Shown here piece after piece: positions 1-11,200 of a DNA stretch of 64,000 nt. The stretch is taken from positions 124,002,001 to 124,066,000 of the forward strand of contig CM059431.1 in assembly GCA_030390025.1 (NCBI GenBank), read 5' to 3'. Numbering within the stretch: position 1 is the stretch's first letter; each line of letters starts with the position of its first letter. Under the pieces are notes generated by a model. That model saw only the letters and a program-made list of their open reading frames with translations. It did not search any database and was not told where the DNA came from. A program made the translations under genes and the position numbers. This DNA is from Squalus acanthias. Taxonomy: Eukaryota.

Positions 1-75
1 GAGCCAACAGCAGGGCCGAGACCCGCCACGGACGTCACCCGCCACGGACCCGCCGAGGTAGGGAAAATCGTGGCC
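1..75. mobile_element. Right end of a non-autonomous Harbinger-like element, cut off by the window edge
   Basis: Similar to the terminus at 54961-55038 (GACCCGCCACGGAC...AGGTA.GGAAAAT..GCC). Confidence 0.45.
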
Positions 76-366
76 ACTGTGCAAGATGTACCAACTGCTT
101 CTGATCTATATAAATGACCTGGGTTAAGAACCTCAGTGTAAGTTGGTCAAATTCGCAGATGATGCTAAACTGAGTAGGGGGCATTGTAATCTGATGAAGT
201 AATTGAGAAACCATAGTGGGCAGAACTATGGCAGATTAAATTTATTACCGATAAGTGCACACATTGGAAGAAATAATGGAGAAGAGTCTTATGCAATGAA
301 GCAGCTGGACAAACGAAAGACTTAAAAAGATTCGAGAGTGACAGTATTCTCCACACTGCTCATTTC

Positions 367-1124
367 GGCCCAGAAATTCGCCTCTCCGGCTTGCCGCGGG
401 GGTAAGGATCGTGCGCGCACTTACCTACCGCGTCTGCCGTTCTGCTTCTGGCCCACGGGGACTTCAGCTCCTGGGCCTGCTCCAACTGCCGGTGCGCAGT
501 GCTTGCGTGTCCCAGGGGCATAGTTAGTGCGATGTGTCCCCTGGGATCACGTGGGCCATGGAGAGCCAATGGCAGCAGACCATCTTTCATTCATAGATTT
601 GACAGGAACCTGTCAAATCTATGAATTGAAATCGGCCCCAAAAGAACAGCTAAACTTCAAATAAATTTTAAAAAAATTACATTTTTAAAATAACTATAAG
701 TTAAATAAATTAACTACTTTAAACAAAAATTTAAATTTTGAAAAAATTAAAATACTTTTTAACAGTGCTAAAAATAAACTTACCTTTCTTTAAAGTATCT
801 AAAAAAGATAATCCTGTTGAAAAATTTTTTAAATTATAATTAATTAAGCACTTACCTTGTTGAAAACGGGTCCTGTGCCTCCTTTTTAAAAGCGCAGGTT
901 CTTCAATACTTACCCTCCTGGACATACCTGGAAAAAAACCTAAGTTTACTGCATGCGCGCAGCCTCTACCGCACGCACGGTTCACCTCTGAACCGCTCCT
1001 TCACGAGACCGGAAGTTCCGGTTTCCCGCGCATGCGCAGTGCATGCAGGAAACCGGCACTTCAGGAGGCCTTACGGGTGAGTACACAGTGCGTACTCACA
1101 CAGCAAGTGCCGAATATTTGGCCC
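367..1124. mobile_element. Non-autonomous DNA transposon (Harbinger-like MITE, about 750 bp)
   Basis: Imperfect terminal inverted repeats GGCCCAGAAATTCG / CGAATATTTGGCCC, GC-rich ends and an AT-rich core. Shares the motif CTGGGATCACGTGGGCC, inverted, with 18998-19742. Confidence 0.55.
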
Positions 1125-1551
1125 ATCAAGTCATTGCAGAACAGTAATCAACAAAGCTTATGATAAAATTCTTCTTCACCACACAAACATTTTTTCACTT
1201 GTTAACTGCTTTTTAAATAACAATTAACATGAAACCTCCAAAATTACTCATTATTTAGTTTATTCCCACATGACATTCATTTTTCCTATGTAAATCTGAT
1301 GTTGAAAGCAAGTGTTCATAACAACTTAAAAGCTATCCATCTTTTCCTGTGATCTTGTTTGCATGCCTCTACTGATTGCCATAACTGGATACTGCGTACT
1401 GGTTGCAGCCACTGCTCACCATGTAGTAAGACCATTGCGCTGCTAATGAGGTGTCTTAAGCCCACCTTGATGGCTGTCTGTAATGTGTTTCCAAGAATGT
1501 CAATAATGATCTTCATCATGTTTTGGTCTGTGGACCCCAACAAACCACATA

Positions 1552-1883
1552 CAGGAAACTTTCGTTTATCCGGCACCCAAATATCCGGAATTCTCGCTTA
1601 ACCGGCAAAAATCAGGTAAGTTTTATTATACAGACAAGACCCCGATTCTGACCTGTCGCCCCCACGAAAGGGGGGTCAACGTTCTTCCGACTCGGATCTG
1701 TCGCCGCCACGGAGGAAAAAGCCGGAGTCTCGTTTACCTTCCCTCTCCGGGTCCCAATTGTTAAGCCTGTGGCCGTGTACGGGGCTCTCGTACCTTGGTA
1801 AGTATACCTCTCTGTAATCCGGCACTTTCGATCAACCGGCACCACGCCGGTCCCGTCGGTGCCGGATAAACGAAAGTTTCCTG
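1552..1883. mobile_element. Tc1/mariner-superfamily (pogo/Tigger-like) MITE, 332 bp
   Basis: Perfect 26-bp terminal inverted repeat CAGGAAACTTTCGTTTATCCGGCACC, flanked by TA on both sides (1550-1551 and 1884-1885). Confidence 0.85.
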
Positions 1884-3022
1884 TAATTAGTAGGAGCATT
1901 CTCGAGAGATGTTCCAACAATGCCCATAGCTGTATGTCTAAGTTTTCCCTTGCAGATGGCACTGATACTATATACTGCCCTATGTCAGAATCTGTAACTC
2001 AATCCAGATCCACTTGCATGGGGGTAGATTTTCATCTTCTCTATCTGGGAGGTAATCCAGTTGGGTGGATCGCATGCCCTTTATGTAACCTAGCTAATTT
2101 CCATTTCTTATGGAGGATAATGGTCCTCAGGAGATTGGAGAACTGCACGAATCGCATGATAAGTACCATATTAATCATTTTGTGCACAAGTGCAACATAA
2201 GGAATGTAATTAAAACACAATACGGAAGTCGATAAATATGCTTCGGTACTAATCATGCTCTCTGTAGAGTTTGGTCTTCAGAATGCACAGTAGCATTCAC
2301 CATAGTACCAAGTGCAATTACCTGCACCTGAATAAAATAGCAGACCAGATACAGACAGTTTAGTCCTCATTTTAACCTAACTCGTCTGACAGGAACAGGG
2401 CAGGTTTGAGTTGGACATCTGTTATACACCCTGTCCAATTTTACTCTTAATATAATTAAACCGCAAATATGACTATGAGTGTTTAACTGAATTTTTATAT
2501 GTATTCCCCTCCTGTGCAAAACTGCTCAGGTTTCTCTTGATTGCTCTGTTAACAAGGATTTCAAAAGCATTTTTGGCCATCATTTGTAAAGCATTTTAGA
2601 ATGGAAAGAAGAATGTGTGTCTCAGTAAAAATGAGAAGAAAAGACTTTAGTCAGTTATTACCGATCTTGCTCACATCTGGTGCCAGATTCTTGGCTCTCC
2701 CAATTTTGCATGGCATCTGCAACCAATTGTCTCATTTGTGCTCCTGTCAAGCAAGACTTGGCCGCAGAAGCAGATTCTAGGAAATGTTCGCTCTAGTTTG
2801 TAAAACTTTACAGTAGTAAATAAGGCTCTATGGGATAGATTTTATGAATTTGCATTCGTGGCACAGAGCTTTGTTCACCAGCTGCACATATTAATCATTC
2901 AAGTGCAGAGGTCAGCAAGACCAGCAGGACGTTCATCCATTAATCTTAATGTGTGGAAAATCTTTCAGGACCCACTGGCCCAAATTACCAACATGAACTT
3001 TATGCTGGGACCACAAATTGGT

Positions 3023-3970
3023 AGTGTGTAGATGAAGGTAGAGCAGTTGATGTCGTATACATGGATTTTAGTAAGGCGTTTGATAAGGTTCCCCATGGTC
3101 GGCTCATGAAGAAAGTAAGGAGTTGTGGGATAGAGGGAAATTTGGCCGATTGGATAAGTAACTGGATATCTCATAGAAGGCAGAGGGTGGTGATGGATGG
3201 TAAATTTTCGGACTGGAGACCAGTTACCAGCGGTGTGCCACAGGGGTCGGTGCTGGGTCCTCTGCTGTTTGTGATTTTTATCAATGACTTGGAGGAGGGG
3301 ACTGAAGGGTGGATCAGTAAATTTGCTGATGACACCAAGATTGGTGGAGTAGTGGATGAGGTGGAGGGCTGTTGTAGGCTGCAAAGAGACACTGATAGGA
3401 TGCAGAGCTGGGCCGAAAAATGGCAGATGGAATTTAACCCTGATAAGTGCAAGGTGATTCATTTTGGTAGGGCAAATTTGAATAAGGATTACAGGGTCAA
3501 CGGCAGGGTTCTGAGGAACATGGAGGAACAGAGGGATCTGGGGGTTCATATCCACAGATCTCTGAAGGTTGCCACTCAAGTGGATAGAGCAGTAAAGAAG
3601 GCCTATAGTGTGTTAGCGTTTATTCACAAGGGGTTTGAGTTTAAGAACCGTGAGGTAATGCTACAACTGTACAGGACCTTGGTGAGACCACATTTGGAAT
3701 ATTGTGTGCAGTTCTGGTCACCTCACTATAGGAAGGATGTGGAAGCATTGGAAAGAGTGCAAAGGAGATTTACCAGGATGCTGCCTGGTTTGGGGGGGAG
3801 GTCTTATGAGGAAAGATTGAGGGAGTTAGGGCTTTTCTCTTTAGAGCGGAGGAGGATGAGAGGCGACTTAATAGAGGTTTATAAGATGATGAGGGGGATA
3901 GATAGAGTGGATGTTCAGAGACTATTTCCTCGGGTGGAGGTAGCTGTTACAAGGGGGCATAACTATAAGG
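3023..3970 (+). mobile_element. CR1 LINE ORF2 (reverse transcriptase) fragment
   Basis: Motifs [38 protein letters not shown] and RRMRGDLIE. Confidence 0.92.
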
Positions 3971-4349
3971 TGGTGGGCAAAATGCTAGAGTCCATTATAA
4001 AAAATGTAATAGCAGAGCACTTGGAAAACAGTAACAGGATCGGACAAAGTCAACATGGATTTACAAAAGGGAAATCGTGCCATGACTAATCTACTGGAAT
4101 TTTTTGAGGATGTAACTGGTGGAATAGATAAGGGAGAACCAGTGGATGTGGTGTATTTGGACTTTCAGAAGGCTTTCGATACGGTCCCGCATAAGAGATT
4201 AGCGTGCAAAGTTAAAGCACATGGGATTGGGGGTAAGGTACTCTCTTGGATAGAGAACTGGTTGGCAGACAGGAAGCAAAGAGTTGGAATAAACGGGTCT
4301 TTTTCTGAGTGGCAGGCAGTGACAAGTGGGGTACCGCAGGGATCGGTGC
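3971..4349 (+). mobile_element. CR1 LINE fragment; 5' part of the copy split by the provirus
   Basis: Reads GKMLESII...SQHGF...DFQKAFD...SGVPQGSV, stops at the LTR and resumes at 16991 with LGPQLF. Confidence 0.92.
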
Positions 4350-4924
4350 TGTAGAATTCGCAATATATCGCGATTTTATTAATAAGGAGAAAACACAGAG
4401 TTTCGTTCAAACAGCTTTTATTTCAGCAGAATGCTGGCAGGTTTAAAGTGGACACAAGCAGCCTGTAAAATGGCCGCCGCACCTCGTGACAGAACATTCT
4501 AGACTTTTCAACAGGCAGACAAGATGGCGTTCCAGTAAACATTTGTGCAAGATCGATTAAGATTCAGCACAGTGAAGATAATACACGAGACATTATGGGT
4601 TTGCAGTATACACATAGATACTGAAATCGGTCTCCCAGGTACAAAGGAAAGCCATTGTACCGAGTAATCAAGGGCCCATCCAAAAGACATTAATATGTAA
4701 AATCCCAACGACTCTACGATGAGAGAGCCGTTAGCAGGTAGTTATACAGGACACTTGGAAGCCCCAAACCCCTCCAGGGAGAACACCGACCGATTTAACA
4801 ATGGGAGAAATATTAACAGGTACTCAGACATTTACGAGTAGCCCCGAAACCCATTAAGAACGGAGATCACCCATACAAGACATTTGGGCGCCAAACCCTA
4901 AACAAAAGAATGGACATTATAGTT

Positions 4925-4955
4925 GGGCGGGAAACGGAAGATTTTGCACTATAAT
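4925..4955 (+). promoter_or_regulatory. Candidate LTR promoter (GC box plus TATA-like box)
   Basis: GGGCGG at 4925 and TATAAT at 4950, followed about 25 nt later by a pyrimidine-rich initiator-like tract. Function is inferred. Confidence 0.45.
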
Positions 4956-5154
4956 TGCAGGCTCCAAACCGTCCATTCTCTCTCTTGCTCTTGCTGCTCT
5001 TATCATCGTGGCTGCTCCTGTGTACTCGTAGTTGGGCTTCTGCTTGCCTGTTGCCTCTTCTGAAAAGACTGTTGAACTTTCTGATCCGTTCGGATCTACC
5101 TCGTGTCGCGTAACGAAGACCTATGTTGGTAACTGGCAACGGAACCGAAGGCCC

Positions 5155-5183
5155 GAGATGAGATGAGATGAGATGAGATGAGA
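5155..5183 (+). repeat. (GAGAT)n microsatellite inside the LTR (second copy at 16170-16198)
   Basis: Five full GAGAT units plus GAGA in both LTRs. Confidence 0.9.
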
Positions 5184-5979
5184 AGAGAGGAAGACCATAT
5201 CCATCGCCACGGTCAGTAAATCCCGACCGCGCCTGTAGGTCGACTGTCCAAGTTTTCCTCGCCAGGAAGACTTCTTTGAACTTGCAAGGAAACATATCGT
5301 ATCGACGATATCGATAACTGTGCTCGAAGAGTACCTGTTAAACCAACCAACACAGGTCTTCATCACAGCAGACGGTCCAGCCTGCTAGCCGGAGCAGCAG
5401 AAGCAAGTAAACAAGTGGGACCAGGAGATCTCCTGACCGACACGTGGGTGCTGCGGTGAAAAACATCCGATCAGCTATTCGGAATTTCTCCGAGTTATCA
5501 CGAGTGGTGAGCATGAGTCTCGAAATCCTACGAATCTAGTTTAGGATAGATATTGATAGGGGAGGGTTTAAGGATTAAGGATATTTGTAATGTGTGCCCC
5601 TATTTACTTTGTGCCGTTCGTTCCTCGTTTCCCTAAGATCGACTATATAACTGTTTGTAAGATTGTACTGTCATTAATCTGTGCTTATGACATGTATTTC
5701 ATAATCTTAAGTATCATGCAATAAAGATTTTCCATTTCGTACCATTCAAACCGAGTCTACATGAGTTTCATCTCCATTACTGCTCTCGCATCTAAGTCCA
5801 GTGTCTAGAACCGTAAGGGAGAGTGATTCGAACCACTCACAGGTGTGTCTAGTGTTCCCAGACTGGCTGGAGACCAGAACAGGCAACAAGGCCTAGACCC
5901 GCACTGACATACAGGCTGCAGAGAGCCGCGTGAATCTCACAGGCTGCGAGACACGCAGGGTCAGAATCCCTTACAGAAA

Positions 5980-7792
5980 ATGGCGACCGCGGCAGGACAC
6001 TGGCAGCGAGAGGGTAGTGTGTTAGATTTTGGAATGACTGTACGAAATGTTATGCAGGAAAAGATAGCGGATTATGTGTTTGGAAAGGTTAATCTAACTA
6101 AGAAATGGATAAGTGAATTGTTAGCGGATAAGAGCCCACTAGAGGCAGCTGAAAGGTGGACAGATAGTAAAGAACATAAAAAGACACTTGAGAAAGCAGT
6201 CTGGCTTATGTGTTACAAAAGGCAGGTTCAGATTTCAAACCAGACCATTACAGCGCTAGTAGCTCGAATCAGTCATTTAGAGGGAGAAATGGAGGAGAAG
6301 GTTTCTGGAGGGGAGGTGCTCATTAAGAATTTAAATGAGTTACACCAAGAAAGCCAGGAAGTCTCCAGTCACCTTAAAACAAGGATAGATTATCTCGAGT
6401 GCCAGGTCACTGAGGCAAAATTGAATGAGAGCAGGTTAAAGGAAAGATGTAACCGCCAAGCTGCCCAGATAAGAACTCAAGAAGAGAGCTTGACGGGGGT
6501 TAGGGCGGCATATAAGTTGGCCCTTGAGGATAAGTTTCAGGGAGCCGATCATAGCGCCTGCCAAAGGGAGATAGAGCACCTCAAAAAGGCCGTGAACAAT
6601 GCGAACGGCATGGTGTGCCTTATCGATCCGTCGGCGCATCAGCCGCTAGTAAATGAGAGATTTAGAAAATCCCCACCAAATAAAGCAGAAGAAGTAGTAG
6701 CCACTGCGCCCTCCGCGCCACCCAGCTATTCAGAAACCTGGGTTAGGGGGGAAGCAATGGAAGAAACAAAAGAGCCCATTGAAAAAGAAGTAGGAAAGGG
6801 ATCGTTATATCCAGTAACGGGTATTAAAAGGGGCCCAAGCAGAAACGGTGGGGAAGAACCGGGGGATCTCCTCGGACAGCTGGTGTTGCCTCACAGTTCA
6901 CATCAGCTGAGAGCTATGATAAATCACGTACGGAAGCTGACCGAGGCAGACGACCCTTCCGTACATTTCAGAGAAGTTGAGCAAGCCGCAGCCATTAACG
7001 GCTGCGATGATGGGGAGACAGCAAAAATGCTGCTGTTCTCATTAGACAGCTCGGTCCTTCAGTGTCTCTCAGGCGAGAGCAAGAGGGGAACCAAGAGTTA
7101 TGAGGAATTAAAGAATGAGGTCCTGGAAGTGTTGGGGGGCGAACGATGAAGGTCCGTTTGCTAGAGTGGGACAGACAGTGCAGATGGAGGGAGAACCCCC
7201 GAAGGTTTTTGCCGACAGGCTGTGGCCAGTATATGAGCGCAGCTGCCTAGGTGCGCCCGAGCGCGAAGATGTGGAAGGTTTAGCTTTAACTCATTGGCTT
7301 AGGTGCATAATAGCCAACAGTTTACCAGCCGTCAGAGAGCAGGCAAAAGCATGGTTTGATCCCAATGACCCCAACATTACGGAAGAGTCGGTCTTGAATC
7401 GACTCACGTTAGGTTATCGCAATATAAGGGGTATGGCAACACGTCCCCTTAAGGGAAGAGTACATGAGGTACGACCCGCAGCCCCGTATCAAAGAGAGTG
7501 GCATCAGGAGGGTAATCGCGCCCCACAGGCAGGTAATGCTTGTTACGGGTGTGGGAAGACAGGGCACTGGCGCAAGCATTGCAGGAACCCTTGGAAGGAT
7601 TCCAAGGATAAAAATCCCGCGGTCCGAGCCCAGGCGCCTGTCCCGGCTAAGGAAGCCAAGGCACCCACCCCTCCCGACGACCTTGAAGCAGTGTTAGGAG
7701 CCATGCGCAAGCTGGTCTTGAATGCGCGTGGACAGGTGGCGGTCGCAACCGGCCCCGTAGGTGCCGCAGGACCATCTAATAGTACCCCATGA
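5980..7792 (+). CDS. gag: Gag polyprotein, split by a 1-nt frameshift in a G run near 7134-7139
   Basis: ORF 5980-7149 (coiled-coil-like region, PSAPPSY) plus ORF 7115-7792 (CCHC knuckle CYGCGKTGHWRKHC). Removing one G joins them as ...EVLGANDEGPF... Confidence 0.85.
5981..5998 (+). other. Primer-binding site, tRNA-Arg(TCG)
   Basis: TGGCGACCGCGGCAGGAC, 5 nt after the LTR, is complementary to the vertebrate tRNA-Arg(TCG) 3' end ...GTCCTGCCGCGGTCG-CCA (tRNA sequence recalled, not searched). Confidence 0.85.
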
Positions 7793-8266
7793 CTAGAACC
7801 GGCGCAGCCCGTCTACCTGTGTCCGCTTAACTATGATGCGTGGAGGCGACCTGTGGTGGAGATGGAGGTAGAGAAACAGAAGGGTAGTTATTTGTTGGAC
7901 ACGGGAGCTTCTTGCACCATAATCCATACAGATAACCCTTTTGACTCGCCGCTATCTACCAAGGTCCCATTCACGTTAGCAGGGTTCACAGGAAAAGAAC
8001 AGGCTGGCACGTTTTCCCTTCCGCTATCCATTCGTTTAGGAACACTTCGCCTTATTTGGAAGTGTATACTGATGGCATGGCAAAAGGGGGGTAGAAGAGG
8101 TATTCTCGGGTCCGATCTCCTAGCGGGACACGGGATCCTCGTGGACCTCAGAAATCACTGTCTCTGGGGGGCTAAAGGTGAAAAAGGCGAGGTAATAGTG
8201 ATTCCGGGGGAGGAAGAAACAGGGGTCCTGTGTACCAACGGACATGCAAACGTACGTGTCAGATAA
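7793..8266 (+). CDS. pro: Aspartyl protease, in frame with gag after the TGA
   Basis: LLDTGAS catalytic motif and GILGSDLL; the frame is open from the codon after the gag stop. Confidence 0.9.
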   Translation, partial: LEPAQPVYLCPLNYDAWRRPVVEMEVEKQKGSYLLDTGASCTIIHTDNPFDSPLSTKVPFTLAGFTGKEQAGTFSLPLSIRLGTLRLIWKCILMAWQKGGRRGILGSDLLAGHGILVDLRNHCLWGAKGEKGEVIVIPGEEETGVLCTNGHANVRVR

Positions 8267-11200
8267 TATGCACGCGTTTGCAACCCACAAGCACGATTGT
8301 GGGAGAGTGGTCGGGTTTGAGGTCAGCGTAGATGGGGACCCCATGACCCGACCCCAAAAGCAGTATAACTTCCCCAAAGAAGCAGAACCCGATATGGAGA
8401 CAGCAATGTCTTCCTTGGTGCAGCAGGGCGTGTTGAGGCCAATAGCCACACACGTGAACTCCCCATTATGGCCGGTTAGGAAGCCGGATAATTCGTGGAG
8501 GGCCACGGTGGACTACAGAGTCCTTAACAGTAACATTCCCGCCTGCGCGCCCACAGTAGCAGCAGTTGCTGACCTAATAGGGAGCATCCCAGCGTCCGCG
8601 ACCACGTTCACGGTGCTGGATATCTCGAACGGTTTTTGGTCCATCCCGCTGCGGCGAGAGGACCAGTACAAGTTTGCCTTTACTTTCAAAGGGCAACAGT
8701 ACACGTGGAACTGTCTGCCACAGGGTTTCCACAATAGCCCCAGTATTTTTCATCAGTGTATGGCAGGAAGTTTAAAGGAGTTTAGTCAGCCCAATCAGAT
8801 AGTACAGTATGTGGATGATTTGCTCCTATTTACGGACTCAAGGGAGGAGCACGGACCACTACTGGACGAGTTATTGGAGCTGTTAGCGAGAAAGGGTTTT
8901 AAAATAAACCCTAAGAAAGCACGTATCGGTCAGCGGGAAGTAAAATTCCTGGGACTGACCATACGCGCTGGGGAAAGAGCCATAGACAAAGCAAGGAGGG
9001 AGTCGGTGCAAGAATTACCGATTCCCAACAACGTAAGGGGTGTGAGGTCCTTCTTGGGACTGACCGGTTACTGCAGGGATTTTATCGAAGATTATGCGGC
9101 CACAGCAGCGCCGCTCCTCCGACTCCTCCATAAGGGGGTGGAGTGGCTTTGGGACGAGGGCTGCCAAGCAGCCTTCGAGAAGTTAAAAAGGGATCTGCAG
9201 ACCGCGCCAGCCTTAGGGGCCATAGATGGGGGGAAGGAGTTTTTCCTGGAGGTAGCTGCCAGCGGAGACAGCTTAAGCGCCGTACTGCTCCAAGAGCGTC
9301 ACGGCAAGCTGAGGCCGGTTGTCTATTCATCCAGGGTGTTAACGGATGTGGAGAGAAGTTTCTCCAATTGCGAAAGGCACCTTTTAGCCACGCATTGGGC
9401 TGTGAAAAGATCAGCGATCTTCACAGGGCTCTCTCCCATCACTCTCCTCACACATCACACACCAACTAAGATGCTTCTGGATGGGAGGATTAAAGACGGG
9501 ACCGTAAGCAGCGCACGCATTGCGCGTTGGACCCTTCTTCTCTCCCAGTTGGATCTTAGAGTAAAAGGTCTTTGCGAGCCAAGGCTTGCGGCCAATCTGG
9601 TATACCCCGGTACAGCCCACCGGTGTTCGGTGGAAGGGGTGTGGGACGTCAACATAGGTTTACGGGCCGGGATACATCCCACTGGGCGCGAGATTTATGT
9701 TGATGGGTCTAGCACAGTATCTGCTGGCGAACGACTCACAGGGTGTGGAGTTTATGACCCTGCGGCAGACCTTGCCCTGGCGATCAAGCTCCCTAGCACC
9801 ATGAGCGCGCAGCAGGCTGAGCTGTCTGCCGTGGTGTACGTTGTTACCCACCCAGACATTTTCCCAACCCCATACACGATTTGCTCGGACAGTATGTTCA
9901 CCTGCAATTCGTGTACGGAATACCTGGCCATTTGGTCCCGCCGCGGATACACCTCCGCGGACGGGCGACCTTTAACGGTGAAGCCCTTGCTGGAAAAGAT
10001 CTTAGCAGCAGCAGTAGGGGAGGAAGGAGAGATTTTCATCCATAAGGTGAAAGCTCACTCCTCCACAATGCCCCGTGGGGAGGGCAACCGGCAGGCGGAT
10101 GCGCTAGCCAGGGAGGGTGCCCGCGACGGCACTTTCTGGAACCCCTATAGGACCGGACCCATAGCAGCGGTCCGAGGCGGGGACGGGAATCCCGGGAACA
10201 CCAGGGTAGCATTGCCCCTAGACCTCAAGACCGTCCAAACCCAGGATCCCGCCCTAAAAGCAGTCCTAAAAACGATTGCTGAGGGGAGGCAGGTAGAAGG
10301 TCCGTACAGTACGGCAACCCTCTCAGTTAAGGAAGGCATGCTGTTCCGCGAGGAGCAGTGGGTTGTGCCGCAGCAGCACAGGAGGGAATTCCTCCAGTTG
10401 GCTCACGAGGGACCAGGGGCAGGGCACCCCGGGCCCGAGGTTACCTGGCAACGGGTAGAGCAAGCGGGATGGTGGCCAGGACTCAGGGAACAAGTCCGCG
10501 AGTTCTGCGCAAACTGTCTTGTGTGCGCTGCAAACAACCCAGACCCCCAGAAAAGGAAGGTGCCCATGGGACACGTAAGAAGGGTAGAGGGACCATGGCA
10601 GTCGATACAGATCGACTATATAGGACCCCTGCCCACCACCCAGGGAGGTTATAAGTACTGCCTCGTCCTGGTGGATGTGTTTTCCAAGTGGGTGGAAGCC
10701 TTCCCTTGTCGAACAGCTACGGCACTGGGTACAGCAAAAATCTTGGTCCGGGAAGTGTTCTCGCGGTGGGGACTCCCCCGTTTTGTGGAGTCAGACCAAG
10801 GGAGTCATTTCACCGGCCAGGTGATGCAGAACACCCTCATGCTTTTGGGCATTGAAGGGAAGTGGCACGTAGCACACAATCCCCAGTCATCCGGGATTGT
10901 TGAACGTATGAACCGGACCCTGAAGGAGAAATTGAGGAAAGAGACTAGGAACTCGCCCCAAAAATGGGCGGAAGTTCTGCCTTTAGTCCTCATGGGGGTC
11001 CGGGCCAGTCAGTCAAAAAGTACGGGGTACTCCCCGCACGAGGTAATGACCGGCAGGCTCATGCGAACCCCCACCCATGTGCTAGCGCCGGTGCTCACTG
11101 AGGGTCAGCTCCAGGAGATAAGCAGGGACAAGTTCGCCCAGACTCTCTTGGAGCGCCTGAAGCAAGTTTATGAGCAGGCGGCTGGGAACATGGGAAGGCA

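Larger units (their letters stand above)
4350..5975 (+). repeat. 5' LTR (1,626 bp)
   Basis: TGTAGAATTC...CCCTTACA; direct repeat of 15365-16990. Confidence 0.97.

Noticed and set aside
1316..2260. Minus-strand ORFs as host exons or an ancient LINE
   Set aside because: Only vague LINE-like residues, interrupted by a MITE, with no convincing motif.
3061..4089. 342-aa ORF as a single gene
   Set aside because: Chimera of two CR1 fragments joined near 3970; the motif order resets at VVGKMLESII.
4867..5295. 142-aa antisense ORF in the LTR (duplicated at 15882-16310) as an accessory gene
   Set aside because: No recognisable motif, it runs through a microsatellite (SHLISSHL), and the duplication only reflects LTR identity.
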